Numbered from the whole stretch's first letter, positions 1 through 11,644 are shown. The stretch is 63,410 nucleotides of DNA, filler included, from Octopus bimaculoides (GCF_001194135.2; 7 parts of 6 records of this genome joined end to end with filler, not necessarily neighbours in it), one strand, 5' to 3'. Translations and numbers: made by a program. The notes: generated from the letters alone by a model not told the origin.

Positions 1-58
1 TATATATATATAAATATATAACTTAAAGGTATCAGATCTTATTTACACGTGGTTATAG

Positions 59-349
59 ATATTTAAGAAAGAAAATATGCAAAAACGCACAGGAGGTTTG
101 TATAATAAAATTTATGCTAATATGAAGATCATAATGGAACAAAGTGTTGTATTACAACATCATTTAATAAACTGGGAGTACCGATTTCGCGTCTGACGCT
201 TATCAAAGCCTAAGATGCGAAACCGGTACTCCCAGTTTATTATATAATGTTGTAATACAACACTTTGTTCCATTATGATCTTAATATTAGCATAAATTTT
301 ATTATACAAACCTCCTGTGCGTTTTTACATATTTTTCTTTCTTAAATAT
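59..349. repeat. Long foldback inverted repeat (arms of about 132 bp, 26-nt loop) with a degenerate hammerhead-like core
   Basis: 59-190 (atatttaagaaag...gggagtaccgatttcgc) is the near-perfect reverse complement of 217-349 (gcgaaaccggtactccc...ctttcttaaatat). The minus strand across the centre reads TTGATAA-GCGT-CAG-ACGC-GAAA. Confidence 0.9.
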
Positions 350-549
350 GTGTGTGTGTGTTTGCCCTCCACCATCACTTGACAACCGATGTTGGTGTGT
401 TTACGTTCCCGTAACGGTTCGGTAAAAGAGACCGTTAGAATAAGTACTAGGCTTGCAAAGAAAAAGTCCTAGGGTCGATTTGTTCGACTAAAAGCAGTGC
501 TCCAGCATGGTCGTAGTCGACTGACTGAAACAAGTAAAAGAATAAAAGA
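350..549 (+). mobile_element. SINE family A, 3' part
   Basis: Contains ...gacaaccgatgttggtgtgtttacg...gaataagtactaggctt...gactgaaacaagtaaaaga and is homologous to 13210-13440 and, reverse-complemented, to 30017-30230. Confidence 0.85.
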
Positions 550-1059
550 AAGTTGTCTTTCTTTTCTAAAGAAAGAGTGTAATTTCACGATTTAGCTGCA
601 AGTCCTAACAGGTCGAGCGATCAGGTAGCGGCTTGTCGTTGGATAGTGATGAATGCATGGTGGTACTTGTATATTTCACCTAACTATTCAAAATACAAGT
701 GATAAATGAGAAAGTAAAAACAAAAATGTTTGACATGTTTGGTAACGGTGGCAGTGCAGTTTTCATTTAATGCCATTGTTGACATTGTGACGTCACTGCG
801 ATGGTCGTCCTGCATGAGAATGGAGGTCGGCCACATTTTTTTGTACCTTTCGGTTTTGAATTGCTTAGGTGGGGCTGTAGAGTGAAAGCATGAAGTGAAT
901 ATTATCTTTATTATATATTTATAGACCACTCACAAAAAAAAACTGGTATATATTAGTACGGTGATTTGTAATCCTCCCTGATATAACACTCTTACTAACT
1001 GCCGATCCAAGACGAATGAAAAGAAAAGTTGAAATTTAAAGTTAGAACATATGAGAGAC

Positions 1060-1290
1060 TCTATTAACACAGGATCTTTTTTTTTTTTTTTTTGCTACAA
1101 GGAATGTAGAATTATTTGTGCACAATTTTAACAAACTATTTTCATAGCGGTTCACTTATTTTTTCCGAAATAGCTTATTTTCAGATAGAAATTAGATATT
1201 TGGCTCGAACAATATCTACTTTAACTTTGATTGGTGAATATTTGTTATCTATAATCTCAACAATGTTTGGTGTTGTGTCACATATACAAT
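1060..1290 (+). repeat. Copy 1 of a diverged direct repeat of about 240 bp (copy 2 at about 2500-2742)
   Basis: Shared blocks include gagagactct.ttaacac, acaaggaatgtaga, tagcggttcactt..ttccgaaatagcttattttcagatagaaattagatatttgg and actttaactttgattggtgaatatttg. Confidence 0.85.
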
Positions 1291-1329
1291 ATATATATAC
1301 ATACATACATACATACATACATACATACA

Positions 1330-1360
<31 letters not shown>

Positions 1361-1393
1361 TGTATATGTGTCACAACACCAAACACTGTTGAG
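1257..1393. repeat. 37-bp inverted repeat enclosing a (TACA)n microsatellite
   Basis: ctcaacaatgtttggtgttgtgtcacatatacaatat (1257-) pairs with atattgtatatgtgtcacaacaccaaacactgttgag (-1393), with 2 mismatches. Confidence 0.9.
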
Positions 1394-1400
1394 ATTCTAC

Positions 1401-1433
<33 letters not shown>

Positions 1434-1436
<3 letters not shown>

Positions 1437-1698
1437 TGGCGGATTGGGTCTAAAAATGTTGGTTGCCAACAATGCTATCATTTATNNNNNNNNNNTAAAA
1501 ATGTTGGTTGCCAACAATGCTATCATTTATTTATTTTTTTTTTTTTTTGAAATAATTAATGCATTCTTCCAGGAGTGAATAAAACATTCTCAAACTTGAG
1601 GGCATGGGCCCCTTAGATACTAACATCGACCCCCATTTATGGACTCTAATGGCGCAGGAGCCCACTTGCCATCAGGCAAGCTGGCCAGTCCACCACTG
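1434..1698. mobile_element. Non-autonomous DNA element (MITE) with CAGTGG(C/T)GGA(T/C)TGG terminal inverted repeats
   Basis: Left end is cagtggcggattgg and right end is ccagtccaccactg. There is no coding capacity and no clean TSD. Confidence 0.6.
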
Positions 1699-1929
1699 TA
1701 TAATTTTTCTCGTCTGGCCGTAAAGCCTTTTCTGTTTGTTTTCCTGTCTTGTTTTTTGTCCGCCACTACATTCCTCCATGGCTAGATTTAATTTGCGTAT
1801 ACAAATTTAATCTGCGATCCATGGGAAGAGCCGTTTTAACGATGCGTCCTGCCCGAAGCTCGTCGAAACGCCGGTGTTAAAACGTGGGTAGCTGATGAAG
1901 TAGAATGTTCTCTATGTGGCTCGTGTGTT

Positions 1930-2043
1930 CTCGTCTACGTTTGTTTGCAATGTCCTGTACCCAGATATGCACCTATACATACAGGTGGATGTCGGTATGC
2001 ACATACCTGTACGTATATATGCATATACTCATTTACTTTTGTT

Positions 2044-2044
<1 letters not shown>
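1930..2044 (+). repeat. Dispersed repeat of about 115 bp, second copy inverted at about 59390-59506
   Basis: tcgtctacgtttgtttgcaatgtcctgtacccagatatgcacctatac...gcatatactcattta matches the reverse complement of 59390-59506. Confidence 0.85.
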
Positions 2045-2089
<45 letters not shown>

Positions 2090-2499
2090 TATATTCATTA
2101 AAAATAGAACAATGATAGTTTTGAGAAACACACAGCTCTGAATGCAAATAGTTTACTTGGAATATGCTGACATCCGCTCCAACATTCCCCAACCCCCCCA
2201 TCCACCAAAAGATATCTCCTACAGCTGTAAACCTTCAAGTTTGCAAGCCTCGACTTTTCATTTAAGGTGAGTGCCTTAATGAAAGTGATGTCAGTAACTT
2301 GACAGGTAAAAATAAAAGCCATTTATGACATGATGTTAATAATGTTTAAAAACGAAAACTAAATCAAAAGTTCCATTCGGTGTTTGTTTAATAGTAATAG
2401 TTGTAAGAGAATAAATTAACTCACTATAAAAGAAAAGATAACTGACATTTTAACCTATCTGCAATGAGACAAAAGGAGTTAGCCACGATATGTAAAAGA

Positions 2500-2742
2500 G
2501 AGACTCTTTTAACACATGAGATTTTATTATTATTTTTTTTTATGCCACAAGGAATGTAGATTTGTTTGTACAAAATTTGAAAAAAAAACAAAACATTTTA
2601 ATAGCGGTTCACTTTTTTGTTCCGAAATAGCTTATTTTCAGATAGAAATTAGATATTTGGTTCCAACAATAATTACTTTAACTTTGATTGGTGAATATTT
2701 GCTATTTGGAATGTCAGCAATGTTTGGTGTTGTGCCATATGA
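2500..2742 (+). repeat. Copy 2 of the direct repeat of about 240 bp
   Basis: Aligns to 1060-1290 and carries only the left arm of the 37-bp inverted repeat. Confidence 0.85.
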
Positions 2743-3015
2743 TATATATATTTATTTATTTATGTGTTTCAGCCAAGTGGCTGCGGTCATGCTGGTGCAC
2801 ATATTCATAAAAAATAAAACAATTATAGGAGTGAATCCGGGTGAATCATTTTGAAACTTTGACCTTCATCTTACAAGGTTATCAACGTACACATTATGTC
2901 ATTCATGTGAAGGGGACTCAGAATATAATGGGATGTGTGCATTGATTGAGGGTAAGGGAGTGTAGTAAATTATACTTTTCTACTTTAGAGGTTTATAGAA
3001 CGATTTGTTTTTTTA

Positions 3016-4337
3016 CTAGGGGGAGTCAAAAATTATCCGCACTTTCGCCAAAGTTTTCGCTTCGCATGCTAAAAGGTGGTACTCTTATGATTACGTAACC
3101 GAGNNNNNNNNNNNNNNNNNNNNNNNNNNNNNNNNNNNNNNNNNNNNNNNNNNNNNNNNNNNNNNNNNNNNNNNNNNNNNNNNNNNNNNNNNNNNNNNNN
3201 NNNNNNNNNNNNNNNNNNNNNNNNNNNNNNNNNNNNNNNNNNNNNNNNNNNNNNNNNNNNNNNNNNNNNNNNNNNNNNNNNNNNNNNNNNNNNNNNNNNN
3301 NNNNNNNNNNNNNNNNNNNNNNNNNNNNNNNNNNNNNNNNNNNNNNNNNNNNNNNNNNNNNNNNNNNNNNNNNNNNNNNNNNNNNNNNNNNNNNNNNNNN
3401 NNNNNNNNNNNNNNNNNNNNNNNNNNNNNNNNNNNNNNNNNNNNNNNNNNNNNNNNNNNNNNNNNNNNNNNNNNNNNNNNNNNNNNNNNNNNNNNNNNNN
3501 NNNNNNNNNNNNNNNNNNNNNNNNNNNNNNNNNNNNNNNNNNNNNNNNNNNNNNNNNNNNNNNNNNNNNNNNNNNNNNNNNNNNNNNNNNNNNNNNNNNN
3601 NNNGTGCATAAGCGCAATCGCGTTGAGATCTGTCAAAGCTTATCAACCGCTAAAACAATGAAGGCGAAGCTTTTTAAAAGAGAATAATCACATGAGATGA
3701 GCTAGAATCACTTTGAGCTAGAATCCAAAAGGCAGTGTGTGGAGTGGAAACACCTGGAATCGCCACCGGAAAAGAAATTCAAGATTAAACCTTCCGCAAA
3801 AAGTGATACTAACCGATTTGTTGGACGCGAAAGGGCCTATACTGGAATATTACATGAAAAAGGGGCCTACAGTTACCAAAGTAAGCTACAGTGAAAAGCT
3901 GGCCAACAAACTGAAACCAGCAATTCGCACCAAACACTGAGGCCTATTGGCAAAGCAAGTGTTATTGTATGCACATCCACATACTGCCGCCCATACCATT
4001 GAAATCATTGAAAAACCGGATTTCAAGTTGCTGGAACACCCTGCATACAATCCAGACTTCACTTCTTCCGACTATCACGTCTTTGGACTGCTCAAACATT
4101 CTTTATGAGATCATCAACTGGAAAAGACGAAGAAGCGCAGGAAGTGGTGCGTAAATCGCTGCTCGACCAGGCGAAAACCATCTTCTCGAATAGAATAAGC
4201 AAGCTTGTGGACCGCTTGGAGAAGTGCATCAAAAAGCAAACAGACAATGTTGAAAAATGACGTTATTGTGTAACCTCTGCTTTTGTTTTAATAAATTACA
4301 GAAACAAGAGCGTCGTATAATTTTTGACTTAACCTCG
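3016..4337 (+). mobile_element. Decayed mariner (DD34D-type) transposon, roughly full length, partly in an N gap
   Basis: TIRs are c(t/g)agg...agtcaaaaattat at 3016 and at 4337 (reverse complement), both flanked by TA. Remnant translation includes EWKHLESPPEKKFK and LLEHPAYNPDFTSSDYHVFGLLKHSL (YSPDLAPSD motif). Multiple stops and frameshifts. Confidence 0.9.
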
Positions 4338-4454
4338 TATAAGGCGTGAACCAACTCTCGTGATGTTGCATTATGCTTGTTATTTTCCGTTTGTTTTATG
4401 ATTGTATCAATACACATGTGCACACACACAGACACACACACATACACATACAGA

Positions 4455-4990
4455 CTCCTTCGAAACTTCCGCAAAGTACTCTTTGTTGACCGTCTGACCA
4501 GAGGGAACCCAGTGGATGTAGATGATGATGCCTTTGCTATCGAAAAGGAAGATCATCATAAACTTCCCAGCAGACTTCTCGGGTCTGGGGAAGTTAGGAC
4601 GTTTCCATTGGCCACTCTATCTCTTGATCACTGGAACACCACAGTAGCACCAGTTTTCATACCAGAGGCTCAAGGACTCTTAGGCTGGTGATAATAAGCT
4701 CAACCATCTCTCTACTGTCACCAAAGCGTATTCCTTCTGTTCATCACTAAGCGCCCTTGGAACAAACTTTGCACTAATTTTGCGCACGTTCAGACCTTCA
4801 TAAACAATTCTATGCACAGTTGCAACATCAACTCCAAGCTGTATACTTATTGCGAATTTTCACAACGAGTTCTGATGTTCTAATGATCTTTCCCTCCCAC
4901 ACGGCACATTGTTTCACCTCTTTTCCGTATAGTTGTCTCTCATTGTCTCTCACCTCTTCTCTGTATAGTAGTGTGTGTTCAAAGTGCTGT
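4455..4990 (-). mobile_element. Second mariner transposase remnant
   Basis: The minus strand encodes TVHRIVYEGLNVRKISAKFVPRALSDEQKE (WVP motif), YENWCYCGVPVIKR*SGQWK and FMMIFLFDSKGIIIYIHWVPSGQTVNKEYF. Confidence 0.85.
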
Positions 4991-5089
4991 TACAGCTGCT
5001 GCCTTCAATCTGGAATATCAAAAGCTGGTAGGTCAGCTTATTCGGTGTATAGTAATGATATACTAAAATTACAGTTATCTAGGACAGAC

Positions 5090-5600
5090 AGGGAAGGAAT
5101 ATCAGGAAGAAGAGGGTGCAACCGTGGAGGAAGAGAAAAGGAAAGAGCAATATACAGTGGTAAAAAGAAAGAAGAGTAATGCAGACTCATCACCAAAAAG
5201 TCCGAGGAAGAAAAGAAAGGCAAGTGGAGAGGAGAAGCAGAGTGAAAAACGAGAAAATACAAATGAGAAGAGAAAACAAAAATGAAAAACCAACAAAAGT
5301 AAGTGAGGAGCGAACGCAGAGACCATCAACCAGTAAGGAGGAAAGAATACAGAAGAGAAAGGAAAATGAAAGGGAGATGATAGCAACACAGAATGAGAGA
5401 CAGACAGAGACAGAAATGCCGGTGGCAGAAGAGGGGATTGGTGAGGAGAGAAGGAGAGTGACACCCAAAAGGAAAAACATAAGAACAATGATGCAATACT
5501 CAGAAGGTGTAGAGATAGAGAAGAGAATTGCTAAGATGAAGAACGTTATCAGAGTGAAAATTAGCGGCCAAAGAGTACAACGAAGGTTTTAAAGCTATTT
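5090..5600 (+). other. Purine-rich Lys/Glu/Arg-coding tract, possibly a decayed L1/Tx1 ORF1 low-complexity region
   Basis: Reads EEKRKEQYTVVKRKKSNADSSPKSPRKKRK... with frameshifts. The assignment rests on composition only. Confidence 0.25.
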
Positions 5601-5621
5601 TGGTGGAAAAAGAAAGAGGAA

Positions 5622-5683
5622 ATTGTACAAATTCTCCAACAACTACTTCTGACTCTTTCTGGACGTACGGCAAGGAGCTGAAG
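5622..5683 (-). mobile_element. Orphan fragment of about 60 bp from the maT element at 6340-6900
   Basis: caacaactacttctgactctttctgga.gtacggcaaggagctgaagc is nearly identical to 6536-6584. Confidence 0.8.
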
Positions 5684-5909
5684 CATGAAAAAAGTCGGAA
5701 GGTGAAGAGTGGGGGGTGGAGGTATGAATTGACGTCACCTATGGAATATTTAAGAATTTCTGTATTATAGACACAACAAAAACCAATGATATATTTAGAC
5801 TTTTCCATTCTTTGTTTGCTTCATAAAAAATGTTATTTTGATGATGTCATATGTATAAACACATGCATACATGCACACAGTACAAACAAATACACACACG
5901 CATACACAT

Positions 5910-5948
<39 letters not shown>

Positions 5949-6339
5949 CTCTCTCTCTCTCACTCACACACGAAGTGCATTCCAGAAGTTTTGAGACTTT
6001 TTTTTATGAGACTGTTATAACTGTCCTTATTTCATTTCATCAAATTTGCCATAAAGACATTACGTAGATAGAAGCAAGTGCAGGCTGGACAACAACACAA
6101 ATGGAATAAATGATGAGCAAAATAATGACATTGATGAGAGAAGCAGACGACGCCCGCCGATCGATGCTTCTCGAGAACATTGTTCTTTTTCTCTCTTTTA
6201 TAAAACCAATTGAGGTTATAAACCTTTTACTATAGTTCATTGGGACATAAAGGTCCTTTCAAATGAGGCAATAAGACTCGTACATTTTTCACAAATGGAC
6301 TCCACGGCCTTACAAAATGAGGTACTAAGCCTTTTTTTA

Positions 6340-6900
6340 CAACTCGAGGCATTTCTCACTGAGTTTCTGGGAAGATCTTCAAACACCTCTTTGAACTTGG
6401 CCGCCAGCTTAGCCTTGGTATTGCGAGCAGAGCGGTTGGTTTCTTTCTCAACCACACACCACATAGTAATGAAAGGGGTTACAATCGGAGAAATTGGGTG
6501 GCCAGAAATTGGGTTGGTGAAGTTGTAGAAATTCTTCAACAACTACTTCTGACTCTTTCTGGAGGTACGGCAAGGAGCTGAAGCCTGCTGACAGACATAT
6601 GGCCTTTGACTACATTCTCCAAGAACTCCACAAAGTCGTCTGAATTGAGCCTAAGGCCCTGTTCAGAGATGTAAGGATGGATTCTGTTGCGCAGATGCAG
6701 TTAGAACATCTGCTGTGTTCCTCTATGCTGGATACGGTTTCGTTGTCTCCGTTACAACTGTACATGTCACGTTTTACAACCTTTACAGTGTTCGTAAGGC
6801 ATGTCAGTTTGATACTCGGCACTTGTGACAGATCCACTTCGTGACTGATCCATAGTGTTTTGGAGACTGGAATATGTTGAAGACTCTTCTCTTCAATCTT
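6340..6900 (-). mobile_element. Internally deleted maT/DD37D-type Tc1-mariner transposase remnant
   Basis: The minus strand encodes the N-terminal KVVKRDMYSCNGDNETVSSIEEHSR joined to GLRLNSDDFVEFLENVVK...PYVCQQASAPCRTSRKSQK*LLKNFYNFTNPNFWPPNFSDCNPFHYYVWCVVEKETNRSARNTK. Confidence 0.8.
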
Positions 6901-8482
6901 TCTCTCATTCATCGCTGGCCATGGTCGCGTATAAGTAGTCCCTAGGCCTTTTAGTCAACTTCTGGCACCCAAAACTGATTGTTCCAGTATTTCTACGGTT
7001 TTAATCAATGGTAGTGCTTTGATAACAGCAGCATTTCTTTCTTTTTTCTTTTTTCTTTTGTTTTTGTTTCCATAGATATCACCAGTATCTAACACCAGTA
7101 TGTAACACCACCACTGTCTTTCCTTGAGAAACTACAACGAGAAGCCGTACTGGGATGGTAGAGTGGTCTTTGAGGGTCATGAAGATTTCTCCACTGAGAC
7201 CCCACTAGATCATGTCATTCTTCGTGACCTTGGACTCACTTCCAATACAATTGGTTTGACCCTCATATTTCGTTACCCCAGATACTGTGATAGAAGAGAA
7301 TAGGCAAATATTATCAAACTTGCTTGGCATTCCCCCTCATGTCAGAAGATTACACACAACGGCCCCTGTGCTTTGCCTCAGTTATTTGAGGCAATATCCT
7401 TCTACGCCTTCTTGCTTGTTCATCCAGTTTTGTTTTTAAGCGTTACTCGCTTGTTGAAGTGTGTGTATGCGCGCGCGCTTGTATGCGTGTGGATGTGATA
7501 GAGTGCATGTATGTATGAGTGTGTGTGGTTGTAGGCGCGCGCACGGTACAGGATCTCCTTACTCTAAACATTCTTTTGTTCCACTGCGTCAATAGTTTTT
7601 TTAGTGTTTTATGACAATATTTTTCTTTAAAAAAATATTCGTCAGCTAAAAATACTTCTTTCTATTTTTGTTGGTGTTTCTGCTTCTTGTAAATAACATT
7701 TTTATGCACCAATGAAAAGAAAAACCATAAAAGTGTCAAAAAACACCTTTACAATAATTTCACGAACTGACGAAATAGAATGAAGCTTTTCTGTCAGAAC
7801 TCAATAACTACCTTTGTGCCATATCGTAACCAGGAGCACTAGAGATGTGTAATCCTGCTTTTGTTGTCACTAGTTAGTTGCCAGAGTACATGGGACGTAG
7901 AGGACTGAAGAAATCTGAGGGATGCATGTACGTGGTTATGCTTAGCGTGGAGAAGCTGTTGCACATTAGTTTCCAAACGGTCTTGCTCTAATGGTAAAGA
8001 GTCTAAGACGACTGAAGGTAGCAATCATGTGCAGCCATCATCCGCAATATACATATGCACACTCTCGCACGTACATACACGTACCCTTATGCGCACACAT
8101 ACATAAACATTCGCTCACACATATGATTACACGGATGCATTCACATATACATGCACACTTATACAGATTCAAACACATATGCAATCATAATTGTGCCATA
8201 GTTATTTAACATAAACATTAAGACTACTTACTTGTCACAAGAACACAAGCTTGTGAAAAACCTCTATGCAGTTGCTCGAGTTGGAAGAAATTGCAATCCA
8301 AATTCCCTCAAATGCAGTTTTCAAATCGGTTAAAAATACAGGACAAAATAATACAAGATATGTTAGGGAAAAAAACATGTTGATCACGACGAAAATACCA
8401 GACGAACGACAAATTCTCGATACATGCGAACGTCATCAGTGAATATCAAATGCACGAAGCTGGTTCCCTATAAGCCCTTCAA

Positions 8483-9650
8483 ATAGTGTTGCCAATTTAG
8501 CATTTTTAATGCTAGATTAAGTATATTTTCTAAGCATTTAGTAGGAAAATTTTGAATCTAGTATTTAGCAAGGATAATAGCAATTTGAAAATTTTATTTA
8601 ACATTTTTTTAGCATTTTTCTTTGATCATGACATTTTCACAATAATTACCCTTTTTTCTCTTTTCCTCTTTTTTCTACTTGTTTTTCTTTAAGTATTTTG
8701 CAGACAAATTTTAGTACTATCGGTTATTGTTGATTTTGTTCTTTCACTTTTCTGATACTCCATACAAAAATGTTGTCGAGTACTTTATTTTTTCCTTCTC
8801 AGCCCTGATCGGATGCAGGGATGGGATTTCTCATCTCAGCACCTGAGCTCTCCACATAAAACATTTGCTGTCTATAGGAAGCAACAATGGCAAAGTAATG
8901 ATAGAAGTCAACAGCGATCTTTTCCAGAAATTAAATGAGGAAGGAACATCGTTACTTCTATTTAGATGTGTATATCATTCATTACAGTTGGCAGTATCCC
9001 ACACTTAAATTGAATACATGCCTAGAAATTTTGAATAGCTCTCTCACTCTTCAACTAGACAACGAACCTACAACCAAGCTTTACCTTGCTATCATTGATA
9101 AAGAGCCCTTGAAGATTGTGATTTTTTGTGCATCTCAGTGGTTGTCAGTAGAACCAGCTGTAAGTAGAATTTGAAACCAATGGTTTGAACTACAAACTCA
9201 CTTCGAAACTACAAGTACAAAAGATAAGTGTTTCACATCTCAAACGCTACAAGAAATGTTTTGTGATTCTCGGGAGGAACTTTTTCTTTTATTTTTGCAT
9301 GCAATTCTAAAATATGTGCAGGAAGTGAATAAACTGCTTGAATGAAGCACTGTTGACAAGACAAAATTACTTGAAGATCTTTCAAATTTGATAAAATCTA
9401 TTGCTAATAAAATAGTATTTTATCTGCTTGAAGTTGATGCTTATATTGAAGAATTTCTCAATCCTAAAACAAGTCTAGGCTATAAATTTGAGAGAAAGAT
9501 AGCAGAAATGTTTGTCAAGAAGACTATAAGAGCTACCGAAAAAAATAATATTCATAATAAAGCAAAACAGTTTTTACTCTATAAAGTTTTTAACTTTTGC
9601 CGGAATACTTTAAAATACCGGGGAATATCAAATGTTTTTCAGTAGAGATT
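8483..9650 (+). mobile_element. Decayed hAT-superfamily transposon
   Basis: Terminus-like tagtgttgcca near 8483. Remnant protein includes LFRCVYHSLQLAVS (hAT CxxH), SHSSTRQ, PLKIVIFCASQWLSVEPAVSRI*NQWFELQTHF (TRWLS motif) and EFLNPKTSLGYKFE. Confidence 0.75.
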
Positions 9651-9714
9651 ACTTTGAGACATTTAATAGAGCTAAACAATGTATTTAAGTGAAGAGAAAT
9701 GTCTTCAATTAAAT

Positions 9715-10194
9715 AGATTAGGTAACCATAAACTCTGGAATTGTACTCGAGATACTATAAAATGATTTAATAATACTAAGGATAAAAATAGATGTAAATT
9801 CCTTCACATTGATATAGAGAATTATTATTCATCTATAAATGAAGTGGTTTTAAATAAGGCCCTATCATATGCCTTGAGAAAGGTAAATATGTCATTTGAA
9901 AAAGTCAAAGTGGTGTTGGCCGCGAGGAAGTCTATTATAAAATATAAAGATAAACTGTGGGCAAGAAAAGACATAAGAGATTGTTTTGATATAACCATGG
10001 GTGCCCCAGATTCTGCCCAGGTCACTGATCTTGTAGGTTTATATATCTTATCTGAACTAGAGACAGAATTTACGAATATAGAGGGTGGTCTTTATAGGGA
10101 CGACCTACTACTTATAACCAGGAACTGGACCAATAGGTCATTAGAATGCCTTAAGAAGAAAATGTACAAGTTCTTTAAGAATAACGGACTAGAG
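9715..10194 (+). mobile_element. Naiad-type Penelope-like element, RT core (5'-truncated, inactive)
   Basis: KLWNCTRDTIK*FNNTKDKNRCKFLHIDIENYYSSINE...CFDITMGAPDSAQVTDLVGLYIL...GGLYRDDLL shows the Naiad-style FDxTMG and GLYRDD motifs. In-frame TGA at 9763. Confidence 0.85.
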
Positions 10195-11101
10195 NNNNNN
10201 NNNNNNNNNNNNNNNNNNNNNNNNNNNNNNNNNNNNNNNNNNNNNNNNNNNNNNNNNNNNNNNNNNNNNNNNNNNNNNNNNNNNNNNNNNNNNNNNNNNN
10301 NNNNNNNNNNNNNNNNNNNNNNNNNNNNNNNNNNNNNNNNNNNNNNNNNNNNNNNNNNNNNNNNNNNNNNNNNNNNNNNNNNNNNNNNNNNNNNNNNNNN
10401 NNNNNNNNNNNNNNNNNNNNNNNNNNNNNNNNNNNNNNNNNNNNNNNNNNNNNNNNNNNNNNNNNNNNNNNNNNNNNNNNNNNNNNNNNNNNNNNNNNNN
10501 NNNNNNNNNNNNNNNNNNNNNNNNNNNNNNNNNNNNNNNNNNNNNNNNNNNNNNNNNNNNNNNNNNNNNNNNNNNNNNNNNNNNNNNNNNNNNNNNNNNN
10601 NNNNNNNNNNNNNNNNNNNNNNNNNNNNNNNNNNNNNNNNNNNNNNNNNNNNNNNNNNNNNNNNNNNNNNNNNNNNNNNNNNNNNNNNNNNNNNNNNNNN
10701 NNNNNNNNNNNNNNNNNNNNNNNNNNNNNNNNNNNNNNNNNNNNNNNNNNNNNNNNNNNNNNNNNNNNNNNNNNNNNNNNNNNNNNNNNNNNNNNNNNNN
10801 NNNNNNNNNNNNNNNNNNNNNNNNNNNNNNNNNNNNNNNNNNNNNNNNNNNNNNNNNNNNNNNNNNNNNNNNNNNNNNNNNNNNNNNNNNNNNNNNNNNN
10901 NNNNNNNNNNNNNNNNNNNNNNNNNNNNNNNNNNNNNNNNNNNNNNNNNNNNNNNNNNNNNNNNNNNNNNNNNNNNNNNNNNNNNNNNNNNNNNNNNNNN
11001 NNNNNNNNNNNNNNNNNNNNNNNNNNNNNNNNNNNNNNNNNNNNNNNNNNNNNNNNNNNNNNNNNNNNNNNNNNNNNNNNNNNNNNNNNNNNNNNNNNNN
11101 N

Positions 11102-11593
11102 TTCTAATAAAGCCATAAGAGTGGAATACTCAACATTGAGCAATGTAGGTCATATCATTTCCTATATAAATAATAAGAAATTAAATAATTATTATAATAG
11201 CATAATAAATAATAGCTCTAGCAATAACATAACCAATAGTGATAGAAGTCTTAATCAACATATAGAAAATGCTCATGTCGTGATAAGACTAAATGTAAGT
11301 TCTCTAACAATTGTAATATTAATAATGTAATTTATAAATGTATAGTAAGCTCTTAGAACAATAATAATAAAATTATAAATAAGGCTTATATTGGATCAAC
11401 AGCTAATGTAATTAAATAAAGAATATCCCAACAATACCAGACCTTCAAAGATCCTAATTTAAGTAAGTCCACAGGCATAAGTAAATATGTATGGTAATTA
11501 AAATCTAGAAAAAGAAAGTACACCCTTAATTGGAGTATAATAGGTAGAGCCCTCTCCTGTAATATTGGGAATAAAATGTGTTTATTATGCATA
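11102..11593 (+). mobile_element. Naiad PLE linker and GIY-YIG endonuclease remnant
   Basis: Reads NKAIRVEYSTLSNVGHIIS...; KCSCRDKTKCKFSNNCNINNVIYKC...KAYIGSTAN...KYVW*LKSRKRKYTLNWSIIGRALSCNIGNKMCLLCI. Three stops and a frameshift. Confidence 0.85.
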
Positions 11594-11634
11594 GGCACAG
11601 GAGTGGCTGTGTGGTAAGTAGCTTGCTTACCAAC
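11592..11634 (+). mobile_element. SINE family A 5' head inserted at the end of the PLE endonuclease
   Basis: taggcacaggagtggctgtgtggtaagtagcttgcttaccaac is the same head seen reverse-complemented at 21700-21850 and 30340-30394. Confidence 0.8.
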
Positions 11635-11644
11635 NNNNNNNNNN

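Noticed and set aside
1454-1527. 32-bp direct duplication either side of a 10-N gap
   Set aside because: Typical unmerged contig overlap, an assembly artefact.
2225-2266. Plus-strand 42-nt exon candidate with a GTGAGT donor
   Set aside because: The splice sites are good, but it is isolated with no phase-matched neighbour or homology, so it cannot be supported.
3026-3646. Long ORFs made of X (also 9844-11118 tail, 12321-13292, 17865-18859, 19814-20924, 31607-32015, 54367-55215)
   Set aside because: They are open only because N runs contain no stop codons.
9763-9765. In-frame TGA in the Naiad RT as a possible selenocysteine codon
   Set aside because: Some Naiads are selenoproteins, but Sec is reported at conserved Cys positions. 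This TGA aligns with a conserved Trp (IxWF), so TGG to TGA is simpler, and the element also carries TAA/TAG stops and frameshifts.
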